Position numbers and translations under genes: made by a program. The notes beneath the pieces were generated by a model. That model saw nothing but the letters and a program-made list of their open reading frames with translations, was not told where the DNA came from and did no database searches. A DNA stretch of 64,000 nt from Candidatus Avispirillum sp. (lineage in GTDB: Bacteria > Bacillota > Clostridia > Oscillospirales > CAG-272). Where the stretch lies: assembly GCA_045656825.1 (NCBI GenBank), contig JAZORY010000001.1, positions 2,819-66,818 of the forward strand. The letters run 5' to 3'. Below are positions 9,369-18,773 of this stretch, one piece after another (positions within the stretch are counted from its first letter, which is position 1; every line of letters begins with the position of its first letter).

Positions 9369-10305
9369 TTTCTTCTGCCTCCTCTTCTGTGATCTTCACG
9401 GGCTTAGCAAAATACTTGCTCTTCAGATGAGGAACTGCCAGGAATACTGCAACGACAGCAGCTGAGAGCAGCTTGAGAAGGTTTGCATCAAGACCGATAG
9501 TGATAACAACCTGAACAACTATGTAGTAGATAACGGCTCCGAGAGAAACGGAAACAAGGCGGAGCGCAAAGTTTTTGAAGATCTTGCCGAAAACAGCCTC
9601 GCCTATAATAACGGAGGCAAGACCGATAACGATAGCGCCACGGCCCATATTAACGTCAGCAAATCCCTGATACTGAGCGAGCAGAGCGCCGCTTGTTGCA
9701 ACAAGTGCGTTTGCTATCATAATACCGAGAACCTTATTTCTGTCTGTGTTGATACCAAGGGCGCGGCTCATTGCAAGGTTGGAGCCTGTTGCGCGGATGC
9801 TGCATCCCATTTCAGTTCCGAAGAACCAATAGAATATAGCAACGAGCACGATAGTGATAAGAGCAACTGTCAGAAGAGGGTTGTTGAGAGCAAGCTTTTT
9901 AACCCAGCGGAGAGAAACCAGCAGATCGTATTTGTCAACGTTAATAGACTGGTTGGACTTGCCTATGATCTTCAGGTTTACGGAATACAGCGCAAGCTGA
10001 GTGAGAATACCTGAGAGGATGGCGGGGATTCCGAGAGTTGTATGCAGGAAGCCTGTAACGAGACCGCAGAGCATACCGGCAATAAATGCCATAAGAAGAG
10101 CAAGCCAAACGTTCCAGCCTGCAAGCATGAGCATGATGCAAACGGCGCCGCCTGTGGCAAAGGAGCCGTCGACTGTAAGGTCGGAAACGTCAAGGATTCG
10201 ATAGGTCATATAAAGACCGATAGCCATGATGCCCCAGATGAGACCCTGAGCGCATGCGCCGGGGAGCGCGCCGGGGATCTTGGCAAGAACTGAGAGTAAT
10301 TCCAT
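9361..10305 (-). CDS. ABC transporter permease (BPD_transp_2-like)
   Basis: 314-aa polytopic membrane ORF. It overlaps the ATPase gene start by 8 nt and sits in an operon with binding proteins. Confidence 0.85.
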   Translation of the reverse strand: MELLSVLAKIPGALPGACAQGLIWGIMAIGLYMTYRILDVSDLTVDGSFATGGAVCIMLMLAGWNVWLALLMAFIAGMLCGLVTGFLHTTLGIPAILSGILTQLALYSVNLKIIGKSNQSINVDKYDLLVSLRWVKKLALNNPLLTVALITIVLVAIFYWFFGTEMGCSIRATGSNLAMSRALGINTDRNKVLGIMIANALVATSGALLAQYQGFADVNMGRGAIVIGLASVIIGEAVFGKIFKNFALRLVSVSLGAVIYYIVVQVVITIGLDANLLKLLSAAVVAVFLAVPHLKSKYFAKPVKITEEEAEENA

Positions 10306-10341
10306 TTTTGAGTTTTAGTCCTTTCTTTTGCGAGTGGGTGC

Positions 10342-11292
10342 TTAGTTTATAGGCTCGTATCCGTCGGGAACGGAAAGTCCGAGCTCTTCAGCCAGATCTT
10401 TGTTGTATTTCTTTGTGGCTTTTGCATATTCAATAGGCATTTCTGAAACGGATGCTTCGCCGCGAAGGATCTTCGCAGCCATTTTGCCCGTTGCATATCC
10501 CATATCATAATAGCTGATGGAAAGAGAGGCAACGCCGCATGCTGTTCCCTCTTCGCCTGCGATAACGGGCTTCTTCAAGGGGCGGCAGATATTGTCTATA
10601 ATTCCTGCATTGCTTGCAACCGTGTTGTCTGTGGGAACATAAATGGCATCGTTTTCCTCAGCCGCTTCCTGACAAACTGCTGCAAGGTCGTTTGAGTCGG
10701 CGAAGGGATAAAGATGAGCATCAACTCCCATTTTCTCAAGCTCGTTGTATACAACGTTTACCTGATACTGAGAGTTTGCTTCAGCTGAGCAATAGATAAG
10801 AGCAACGTCCTTTGCATCGGGAACCCATTCGAGAATCATTTTTGCCTGTTCATCGAGTGGAGCCAGATCGCTTGTGCCGGAAACGTTTGTGCCGACTGTG
10901 CCGTTAAAATCGTTTATGTCAAGAGCAACGCCGTATTCGGTGATAGACGTGCCGAGAATGGGAATTTCGTTTGTTGCGGATGCTGCCGTCTGCAAAACAG
11001 CGGTTGCATTTGCAAGGATCAGATCAACATCGTTTGAAACAAACTGATTTATGATGGAGGAGCAGGTGGAGATATCGTTCTGGGCGCTCTGGATATCATA
11101 GTGGATGTTTTTTTCACCAAGCTCTTCGCTCAAGGCATCCATAAATCCCTTTGTTGCCTGATCATGTGCGGAATGGTCAACGAGCTGGCAGATTCCTATC
11201 TCGTATTCAGCCGTCGAGGTGTTGCATCCTGCGAGGGTGAAAACGATCATAGCTGCCAACAGCAGTGAAAATAGTCTTGCGGCTTTTTTCAT
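10342..11292 (-). CDS. ABC transporter substrate-binding lipoprotein (ABC_sub_bind type), paralog 1
   Basis: Lipobox LAGC. It aligns end-to-end with the neighbouring paralog. Confidence 0.85.
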   Translation of the reverse strand: MKKAARLFSLLLAAMIVFTLAGCNTSTAEYEIGICQLVDHSAHDQATKGFMDALSEELGEKNIHYDIQSAQNDISTCSSIINQFVSNDVDLILANATAVLQTAASATNEIPILGTSITEYGVALDINDFNGTVGTNVSGTSDLAPLDEQAKMILEWVPDAKDVALIYCSAEANSQYQVNVVYNELEKMGVDAHLYPFADSNDLAAVCQEAAEENDAIYVPTDNTVASNAGIIDNICRPLKKPVIAGEEGTACGVASLSISYYDMGYATGKMAAKILRGEASVSEMPIEYAKATKKYNKDLAEELGLSVPDGYEPIN

Positions 11293-11345
11293 AATAGAAA
11301 TCCTTTCGTATGGAAGGTTAAATATGAAGATATCAATATTATAGC

Positions 11346-11384
11346 AAAAATCGGGTGAGAATGAAAGGTGCTCACCCGATTTTG
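11346..11384 (-). terminator. Intrinsic terminator between the two binding-protein genes
   Basis: On the minus strand the sequence reads AAAATCGGGTGAG-loop-CTCACCCGATTTTT. Confidence 0.75.
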
Positions 11385-11419
11385 TTTATGCTTTTTATGT
11401 TTTTTTCGAATTTTGTTGA

Positions 11420-12388
11420 TTATTCAGCCTCGATTGCAACGTATCCTTCAACGGGAGTGATGCCGAGAGCCTTGCAGATTTCTGCGTTGTACTTCTTTGT
11501 AACGTCTGTGTATTCGATCTTCATATCAGCGATATCAGCTTCGCCGCGGAGGATCTTAGCTGCCATTTCGCCTGTTGTCTTGCCAAGGTCGTAGTAGCTG
11601 ATGGAAAGTGTTGCAACGCCTGCGCCCTTGCAGATGCCTTCTTCGCCTGCAATAACGGGCTTGCCGAGAGGACGGCAGATGTTGTCGATGATACCTGTGT
11701 TATCAGCAACAGCGTTGTCTGTGGGAACGTAGATAACGTCGTTTTCGTTTGCAGCAGTTGTGCAAACAGCGGAGATATCGTTGGAGTCAGCGAAGGGATA
11801 GAGAGTTGCTTCAATGTTCTTTGCTTCGAGATACTTCTTAACCTCGTCAACCTGATACTTGGAGTTTGCTTCAGCGGAGCAGTATACAAGAGCAACCTTC
11901 TTAGCGTTGGGGAACCATTCGCTGATCATATCAGCCTGCTTGTCAAGAGGAGCAAGGTCGCTTGTTCCGGAGATGTTGCCGCCAACTGTGCCATCGAAGT
12001 TTTCGATTTCAAGAGCAACGCCGTATTCTGTAACGGACGTGCCGAGAATCGGAATTTCGTTTGTTGCTGCTGCTGCTGCCTGAAGAGCAGGAGTTGCATT
12101 TGCAAGAATGAGGTCTACGCTGTCAGAAACGAACTGGTTGCAGATTGTGGAGCATGTGTTGGAGTCGCCCTGAGCGCTCTGATAGTTGAAAGTAACGTTT
12201 TCTTCGCCGAGAGCTTCAACGAGAGCATCCTTAAAGCCCTGTGTTGCAGCATCGAGAGCAACGTGCTCTGTGAGCTGGCAGATACCGATAACGTACTTGC
12301 CGTCGTCTTCGGAAGCATCACAACCAACGAACATTGTGAGCATCATAACAGCGGCGAGCATAAGTGCTAAAAGCTTGAGAGTTTTCAT
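11420..12388 (-). CDS. ABC transporter substrate-binding lipoprotein (ABC_sub_bind type), paralog 2
   Basis: I set the start at the ATG at 12388 (MKTLKLLALML...FVGC lipobox), which has a GGAAAC-rich Shine-Dalgarno sequence. The track ORF extends to 12478. Confidence 0.85.
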   Translation of the reverse strand: MKTLKLLALMLAAVMMLTMFVGCDASEDDGKYVIGICQLTEHVALDAATQGFKDALVEALGEENVTFNYQSAQGDSNTCSTICNQFVSDSVDLILANATPALQAAAAATNEIPILGTSVTEYGVALEIENFDGTVGGNISGTSDLAPLDKQADMISEWFPNAKKVALVYCSAEANSKYQVDEVKKYLEAKNIEATLYPFADSNDISAVCTTAANENDVIYVPTDNAVADNTGIIDNICRPLGKPVIAGEEGICKGAGVATLSISYYDLGKTTGEMAAKILRGEADIADMKIEYTDVTKKYNAEICKALGITPVEGYVAIEAE

Positions 12389-12505
12389 AATGTTTCCTTT
12401 CTTTCCCACCCGGGACCAATGCGATTGTCCTATTGGGAACAGACCTTTGTCCGTAAATTTTTGCTTTAACACTTTCACGCGTTAAAACGCAAAAAAGATG
12501 TTACT

Positions 12506-12534
12506 ACAATAGCACATTAGTTAGTCATTGTCAA
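12506..12534 (-). promoter_or_regulatory. Candidate sigma-A promoter for the ABC operon
   Basis: The minus strand reads TTGACA-17 nt-TATTGT. Confidence 0.4.
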
Positions 12535-12723
12535 TAGTAAATGTGCATTTTGTGGAGAAAAATTGCGCAATTTGCAACATAAATAGCATAAAACGCAGGA
12601 AGGTTCTTGGCGTTTTGGCGAAAAGTGGAGATTGGATAGGACGAAAAGTGGCAAAACAGCGTATTTTTGGTTAAAAAATTACAAAAAAATCTATTATTTG
12701 CAGAAATTATATAAACAAATGTA

Positions 12724-12752
12724 TTGAATTGTAAGATTTGTGATGTTATAAT
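12724..12752 (+). promoter_or_regulatory. Sigma-A promoter of the glg operon
   Basis: TTGAAT (12724-12729), a 17-nt spacer, then TGT-TATAAT (extended -10, 12747-12752), about 36 nt upstream of the glgB ATG. Confidence 0.65.
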
Positions 12753-12787
12753 TATTAATGGAATATTAGTCAAAATGGGAGAAGTGT

Positions 12788-14680
12788 ATGAAGGCACTCA
12801 GCAAAACCACTGCCCCGTACCTTTTCCACGAGGGTGCGAACTATAAAGCTTATGAGTATTTCGGCGCTCATCGTGAAGGAAGAGAATATGTTTTTCGAGT
12901 TTGGGCACCCAATGCAACTGAAGCTTTTGTAACAGGTCTTTTCAACGGATGGTCTGAGGACGATCCTATGAAGAAGATCGACGACAAGGGTATCTGGGAG
13001 GCAAAAATTGCTTCCGGTCGCTTTGGAAGCGGCTATGCATATGAATATAAATTCAGATCTCCTTACGGAGAGGTTTATAAATGCGATCCCTATGCATTTT
13101 ATAGCGAGACCTATCCTAAGTTCAGCTCCAGATTTTTTGATCTTTCAGGATACAAATGGAAGGACAAGGGCTGGATGAAGAAGAGACGCGAGAAATACAC
13201 TCGCGAAAAGGTTATGAGATCTCCTATGAATATATATGAGGTTCATCCTGAATCCTGGCGCAAGCATCCCAACGGAACGTTTCCGTCATATGCGGAGCTT
13301 GCTGAGGAGCTGGCTCCTTACGTTGTTCAGATGGGATACACTCACATAGCGTTGATGCCTATTTGCGAATACTATTCGGGCGGCGCTATTGCTTATGATA
13401 CAACCGGTTATTTTTCCCCCACCTCAAGATTCGGAACCCCGAAGGATTTTATGGCCTTCGTTGACACCATGCATAATGCGGGAATCGGAGTTATCCTTGA
13501 ATGGAATTGCTCCTTCTTCCCTGAGGAAAGCCATGGAATTTCCCGTTTCGACGGCGGTTACGTGTACGAGTACGATACAAGTAAGGATGAAAAGGATAAG
13601 AATCTGGGAACGTGCTTTAATATTTGCAGCCCCGAGGTTCAGTCGTTTCTGATTTCAGGCGCAATATATTGGACAGAGGTGTATCATATAGACGGAATAA
13701 AGTTTGATGATATTTCCTCAATGCTTTCTCTTGATTACAGCAAGGAAGAGGTTCTCCTCAATCCTAATACAATATACGGTGATCGCGCGCCATACGAGGC
13801 GGCAGCATTCTTCAGAAAGCTTAATCATGCTATGATGGCACATCATCCCGACGTGCTTATGATAGCTGAGGATTCTGAGGGAAAGATGGAGGTTACCGAC
13901 TTTAAGGGGAACGGTCTCGGCTTTTCTCTTAAATGGGATAAGGTCTGGGCAGACAGCGTTATTAGCTATGCAGGTCTTTCTCCCGAAAAAAGAGGCGAGG
14001 CGCATCTGAAAATAACGGACAACGTGAATTCGTCTTACGTTCAGCGTAATATCATTCCTCTTTCTCATATGAGAGTTTCCTTCGGAAATCAGTCTCTTGT
14101 GAGCAAGCTTCCCGGAAGCTATGATGAAAAGTTTGCGCAGATGAGAGCTTTTATGACGTATTTTATGACCCAGCCGGGCAAAAAGCTTTCGTTTATGGGA
14201 AATGAAATATCTCAGTTTGATGAATGGAACCCTCTCGGTAATATAGAATGGTTCCTGCTTGACTATGAAAAGCATGCCAGATATCAGCTTTTCTGTGCAA
14301 AGCTTAACGATCTTTATCTGAACACACCTGCCCTTTGGGAAAACGATGGGGGCTGGGACGGCTTCAGATGGATAGATTCCTCGGATAGCGAAAGACAGAC
14401 GCTTTCCTATGGCAGAATAGATGCCGAAGGAAACGAGGTCTTATGCGTGTTCAATTTTTCACCTGTTGATTATGAAGATTTTAAGCTTGGAGTGCCCGTT
14501 TCAGGTACGTACGAGGAGATCTTCGCAAGCGACGATTGGCACTATGGCGGAAATAATAAGCTTAGTGGCAAGGTGAAAAGCGAGAAAATGTGGCAGAACG
14601 GCTTTGAGCAGTCTGTGAAAATAAAGCTTCCCGCTTACAGCGCGTCTGTTTTCAGACTTGTTGATAAAAAGGAAAAATAA
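12788..14680 (+). CDS. glgB: 1,4-alpha-glucan branching enzyme
   Basis: 630-aa ORF with a GH13 branching-enzyme layout (N-terminal CBM48-like region, catalytic core). It is the first gene of a glgBCDAP-type cluster. Confidence 0.95.
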   Translation: MKALSKTTAPYLFHEGANYKAYEYFGAHREGREYVFRVWAPNATEAFVTGLFNGWSEDDPMKKIDDKGIWEAKIASGRFGSGYAYEYKFRSPYGEVYKCDPYAFYSETYPKFSSRFFDLSGYKWKDKGWMKKRREKYTREKVMRSPMNIYEVHPESWRKHPNGTFPSYAELAEELAPYVVQMGYTHIALMPICEYYSGGAIAYDTTGYFSPTSRFGTPKDFMAFVDTMHNAGIGVILEWNCSFFPEESHGISRFDGGYVYEYDTSKDEKDKNLGTCFNICSPEVQSFLISGAIYWTEVYHIDGIKFDDISSMLSLDYSKEEVLLNPNTIYGDRAPYEAAAFFRKLNHAMMAHHPDVLMIAEDSEGKMEVTDFKGNGLGFSLKWDKVWADSVISYAGLSPEKRGEAHLKITDNVNSSYVQRNIIPLSHMRVSFGNQSLVSKLPGSYDEKFAQMRAFMTYFMTQPGKKLSFMGNEISQFDEWNPLGNIEWFLLDYEKHARYQLFCAKLNDLYLNTPALWENDGGWDGFRWIDSSDSERQTLSYGRIDAEGNEVLCVFNFSPVDYEDFKLGVPVSGTYEEIFASDDWHYGGNNKLSGKVKSEKMWQNGFEQSVKIKLPAYSASVFRLVDKKEK

Positions 14681-14771
14681 CTCTGTGCTCGGAAATCGGG
14701 TATAAGAGTTCTGAAAGTGTTATAAATATAATATTATTTATATAATGTAATCTATAAGGAGGATTTTCAAA

Positions 14772-15968
14772 GTGTTCAAAAAGAAAGAGTGCGTGGCTAT
14801 GCTGCTTGCAGGAGGGCAGGGAAGCCGCCTTTACGCACTTACTCAGAAAGTTGCAAAGCCTGCGGTTCCTTTTGGTGGAAAATACCGCATCATAGACTTT
14901 CCCCTTTCTAACTGTACAAACTCCGGCATCGACACCGTAGGTGTTCTCACCCAGTACCAGCCCATGCTCCTCAACGAGTATATCGGTAATGGTCTTCCTT
15001 GGGACCTTGACAGAACATACGGCGGTGTAAAGATCCTGCCTCCCTACCAGGGCACACATTCTGCTGACTGGTACATGGGCACAGCGAATGCTATCTATCA
15101 GAACATGCAGTTCATCGATCGTTACGACGCTGAATACGTTCTGATCCTCTCCGGCGACCACATCTATAAGATGGACTATGCGAAGATGCTCAAGTTCCAC
15201 AAGGCGAACAACGCTGACTGTACAATCGCAGTTCTCGACGTTCCGATTGAGGAAGCAAGCCGCTTCGGTATCCTTTCCGTAGATGATGAGCAGAAGATCT
15301 TCAAATTCTCCGAAAAGCCCAAGAATCCTGATTCCACAAAGGCTTCCATGGGTATCTACATCTTTACAAAGAGCAAGCTTGCAGAATACCTCAATGCAGA
15401 CGCTGCTGATCCCAATTCTTCTTATGACTTTGGTAAGAACATCATTCCTAACATGCTTAAGGCAGGCGAAAGAATGTATGCTTACGAATTCGAAGGCTAT
15501 TGGAAGGACGTTGGAACAATCTCCAGCCTTTGGGAAGCAAATATGGACCTTCTCGGCGAGAATCCCATTTTCTCTCTTGCAGATGAAAAGTGGAGAATCT
15601 ACACACGTCATCAGGTTCTTCCTCCTCAGTACGTTGGATGCGACGGTCAGATTGAAAACTCCATCATTTCCGAGGGTTGTGAAATCTACGGTACAGTTAA
15701 GAACTCCGTTCTTTTCCCCGGCGTAAAGGTTATGCCCGGTGCAGTTGTTCGTGATAGCGTTGTTATGAGCGGAACTGTTATCGGCGAAGATACAGAGCTC
15801 AGCTATGCTCTTATCGACACTGACGTTACAATCGGTGCTAAGTGCCGCGTTGGCGGTGAAGTTGGCAATAGTGAAGACATCACAGTTCTCGGCGAGGGAA
15901 CAGTTATTGCTGACGGTGAAAAAATTGATGCCGGCGTTATGATACCCGAGCTCAGAAAGGATAAGTGA
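14772..15968 (+). CDS. glgC: Glucose-1-phosphate adenylyltransferase
   Basis: [10 protein letters not shown] nucleotidyl-transferase motif and a C-terminal left-handed beta-helix region. GTG start. Confidence 0.95.
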   Translation: MFKKKECVAMLLAGGQGSRLYALTQKVAKPAVPFGGKYRIIDFPLSNCTNSGIDTVGVLTQYQPMLLNEYIGNGLPWDLDRTYGGVKILPPYQGTHSADWYMGTANAIYQNMQFIDRYDAEYVLILSGDHIYKMDYAKMLKFHKANNADCTIAVLDVPIEEASRFGILSVDDEQKIFKFSEKPKNPDSTKASMGIYIFTKSKLAEYLNADAADPNSSYDFGKNIIPNMLKAGERMYAYEFEGYWKDVGTISSLWEANMDLLGENPIFSLADEKWRIYTRHQVLPPQYVGCDGQIENSIISEGCEIYGTVKNSVLFPGVKVMPGAVVRDSVVMSGTVIGEDTELSYALIDTDVTIGAKCRVGGEVGNSEDITVLGEGTVIADGEKIDAGVMIPELRKDK

Positions 15969-17104
15969 TTATGACTGCTGCAGGACTTATTTTCTCTAAC
16001 ATTCACGATACAAGCATCCCCGAAATGACAGCTGAACGCACAATGGCGTCCATCCCCTTCGGCGGAAGATACAGACTTGTTGACTTTACTCTGTCCAATA
16101 TGGTTAATTCCGGTATTGACACTGTTGGTATTATCACTCATAATAACTACCGTTCCCTTATGGATCATATCGGAAACGGTAAGGACTGGGACCTTGCAAG
16201 AAGAAGCGGCGGTGTCAGAATCCTTCCTCCCTACGTTTCCGCATCTGATAGCCCCATCGGCGGTAAGCTCTACACAAACCGTGTTGAAGCTCTTCTCGGC
16301 GCTATCGACTTCATCAACTACTGTGATGAAGAGGTTGTAGTTCTTGCTGACTGCGACGACGTTTGCAATATCGACCTTAACGCAGTTCTCGATTATCACG
16401 AGGCAAAGGCTGCTGACGTTACTTTCGTAACAAAGAAGGTTAACCTTGACGGTGCTAAGGCAGGCGCATATGCGATCATCAATGCTGACGCTGACGGCAA
16501 CGTAACAGAAATCGTTGACTCCTCTCCTATGACAAAGGGCGAGGTTAACGTTTGCACAAACATCGTTGTTATCAACAGAAAGTTCCTTGTAAGCACTCTC
16601 CATACAGCAGTTTCCTATGGCTATAAGTGCTTCTATACACAGGCTCTCGCAGCTGCAATGGCTTCCTCTAAGTTTGTAGTATACAATTTTGATGGCTACT
16701 ATGCTGAAATCGGCAGCCTTGAAAAGTATTTCGCAGCTAACATGGAGATTCTCAATCGCGACGTTCGCGACGAGCTCTTCAACGTTAAGGATCGCCCTGT
16801 ATATACAAAGGTTCGTAACTCCGCTCCCACAAAGTATGCTGAGGGCGCAGTTGTTAAGAACTCCGTTATCGCAGACGGTTGTGTTATTGAAGGAACAGTT
16901 ATCAACTCCGTTCTCTTCCGCGGCGTAAGAGTTCGCAAGGGCACAGTTGTTAAGAACTCCATCATGATGCAGGACTCCTCCACAGGCGAAAACGTTCAGC
17001 TTAACTGTGTAATTACAGACAAAAATGTTACAATTAGAGACGATGTGAACCTTTCCGGCCACGAAAGTCAGCCTTTTTATGTTGCAAAAGGCAAAATGAT
17101 ATGA
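15965..17104 (+). CDS. glgD: Glucose-1-phosphate adenylyltransferase regulatory subunit GlgD
   Basis: GlgC paralog lacking the GGxGxRL motif. It overlaps the glgC stop by 4 nt. This is the typical Bacillota arrangement. Confidence 0.9.
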   Translation: MIMTAAGLIFSNIHDTSIPEMTAERTMASIPFGGRYRLVDFTLSNMVNSGIDTVGIITHNNYRSLMDHIGNGKDWDLARRSGGVRILPPYVSASDSPIGGKLYTNRVEALLGAIDFINYCDEEVVVLADCDDVCNIDLNAVLDYHEAKAADVTFVTKKVNLDGAKAGAYAIINADADGNVTEIVDSSPMTKGEVNVCTNIVVINRKFLVSTLHTAVSYGYKCFYTQALAAAMASSKFVVYNFDGYYAEIGSLEKYFAANMEILNRDVRDELFNVKDRPVYTKVRNSAPTKYAEGAVVKNSVIADGCVIEGTVINSVLFRGVRVRKGTVVKNSIMMQDSSTGENVQLNCVITDKNVTIRDDVNLSGHESQPFYVAKGKMI

Positions 17105-17142
17105 TATAATAGTCAAATCAGTCATTAAGTAACAAATTCTAA

Positions 17143-17187
17143 CAAAGGGGTGCGCTCCTTGGTGCACCCCTTTGTGATTTTATTTTT
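17143..17187 (+). terminator. Intrinsic terminator between glgD and glgA
   Basis: CAAAGGGGTGC-loop-GCACCCCTTTG followed by TGATTTTATTTTT. Confidence 0.8.
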
Positions 17188-17254
17188 ACCGATTTTTCAC
17201 TCGGTTTCGGTTATAAAGCTCGTCTTTGTTGATATATTGATTGGTAGGTTAACA

Positions 17255-18688
17255 ATGAAGAAAATACTTTACGTTGGCTCAGAATGTACCCCCTTTGCTT
17301 CAAGCGGAGGTCTTGGCGACGTTATGGGCAGCCTTCCCAAAGCCGTTTTGGAATATATGGGCGATGGAGCAGACGTCAGAGTTGCGCTTCCGCTTTACGG
17401 CTGTGTTGGCGAAAATTGGCGAAAGCAGATGAAAACTGAAAAAATATTCACCGTGCAGCTTGGATGGCGCAATCAGTATTGCGGAATTCTCAGCCTCAGC
17501 CTGAACGGTGTGGTTTTCTATTTCATTGATAACGAGTTTTATTTCAAGCGCGATGGACTTTACGGACATTATGACGATGGAGAGCGCTTTGCGTTTTTCT
17601 CCCGTGCCGTTGCTCAGATGATGAGCGAGATGGACTATTATCCCGACGTTCTTCACGCAAACGATTGGCAGAGCGCACTCAGCGTTTTGTATGTACGCCA
17701 TATGGGCGAGGAAAATGATAATTATAATAAGGTAGCAACCATTTTCACTATTCATAATATTGAATATCAGGGAAAATTCGGGATGCAGAATCTGAATGAT
17801 CTTTTCTCTCTTCCTTGGAAATATGCAGAATTGGTTGAGTTTGACGGCGCGCTTAACGTTATGAAGGCGGCAATTGAATGTGCCCATAAGGTAACGACAG
17901 TCAGCCCACGCTATGCCGAAGAGATCAAAACCGAGGAATATGGCTGCGGTCTTCAGTCTATTCTTGCAAAGAACGCTCATAAGCTTTGCGGCATCGTTAA
18001 CGGTATTGACGAGGATTTCTATAATCCACATACTGACGACGCTATCGCAAAAAAATATATGTGGCGCAGTATAAGCGGCAAGAAAATTGACAAAACTTCC
18101 TTGCAGAAGGAGCTTTCTCTTCCTCAGCGCGACGTTCCCGTTTTTGCTATGATAACCCGTCTGGCAGGTCATAAGGGAATTGATCTTGTTCATAAAATTG
18201 CCCATATGCTGCTTGCTAACGACGTTCAGCTGATAGTCATCGGAACGGGCGAATATGAATACGAAAGCTTTTTCAGATGGCTTGAGGAGGCGTATCCCGA
18301 AAAGATGAGAGCGCTTATCACGTTTGACAGAAGTCTCTCTCGCAGAGTTTATGCCGCTGCCGACTTTTTCCTTATGCCCTCTAAGAGCGAGCCCTGCGGA
18401 CTTGCTCAGATGATCGCGTCCCGCTATGGTGCCATTCCGATCACCCGACAGACAGGCGGTCTTTATGACACTATAAAGGATTATAGCAGCGATAAGGGCA
18501 CAGTCAGCGGAAACGGACTCACCTTTGTTCAGTATTCACCTAAAGCGCTTTATGAGAAGCTTGTTCTTGCAATGTCGCTTTATGAGGATCAGAATGAGCT
18601 GAGACGACTCCAGCAGCGCGTTATGAAGGTGGATTTCTCCTGGAAGAGATCAGCTGAAGCGTATGCAGACCTCTACGAAGAAATGTAA
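17255..18688 (+). CDS. glgA: Glycogen synthase
   Basis: I set the start at the ATG at 17255 (MKKILYVGSECTPFASSGGLGDV). The 35 extra codons of the track ORF run through the upstream terminator. Confidence 0.95.
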   Translation: MKKILYVGSECTPFASSGGLGDVMGSLPKAVLEYMGDGADVRVALPLYGCVGENWRKQMKTEKIFTVQLGWRNQYCGILSLSLNGVVFYFIDNEFYFKRDGLYGHYDDGERFAFFSRAVAQMMSEMDYYPDVLHANDWQSALSVLYVRHMGEENDNYNKVATIFTIHNIEYQGKFGMQNLNDLFSLPWKYAELVEFDGALNVMKAAIECAHKVTTVSPRYAEEIKTEEYGCGLQSILAKNAHKLCGIVNGIDEDFYNPHTDDAIAKKYMWRSISGKKIDKTSLQKELSLPQRDVPVFAMITRLAGHKGIDLVHKIAHMLLANDVQLIVIGTGEYEYESFFRWLEEAYPEKMRALITFDRSLSRRVYAAADFFLMPSKSEPCGLAQMIASRYGAIPITRQTGGLYDTIKDYSSDKGTVSGNGLTFVQYSPKALYEKLVLAMSLYEDQNELRRLQQRVMKVDFSWKRSAEAYADLYEEM

Positions 18689-18773
18689 AAATCGCTAAAC
18701 ATAAAATTTTTAAATTTTAATTTATAAATTTTAAATAGAAATATAAACAAACCCGGAAGGAAAAACAAAACCC

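Noticed and set aside
12531-12797. 88-aa ORF in the ABC/glgB intergenic region.
   Set aside because: It lies in an A/T-rich promoter region and overlaps both mapped promoters. Its composition is Ile/Asn/Phe-rich as expected from A/T bias, and it has no Shine-Dalgarno sequence.
15803-17167. Long antisense ORFs. Examples: 454 aa opposite glgD, 759 aa opposite glgP, 357 aa opposite nusA, 368 aa opposite infB, 342 aa opposite serS, 338 aa opposite the ATP-grasp gene, 319 aa opposite glgC and 261 aa opposite pfkA.
   Set aside because: All are in exact codon register with a well-supported sense gene. Their products are Cys/Val/Asn/Leu-rich low-information sequences. They have no Shine-Dalgarno sequences. 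They are fully explained by avoidance of TTA/CTA/TCA codons in the sense gene.
17150-17254. N-terminally extended versions of track ORFs: glgA from 17150, CPBP from 28616, zapA to 53640, nth to 45045, binding protein to 12478, pmbA to 62407 and prmC to 43232.
   Set aside because: The extensions run through terminators, promoters or neighbouring genes. They lack family-conserved sequence. Internal ATG starts with Shine-Dalgarno sequences give canonical N-termini.
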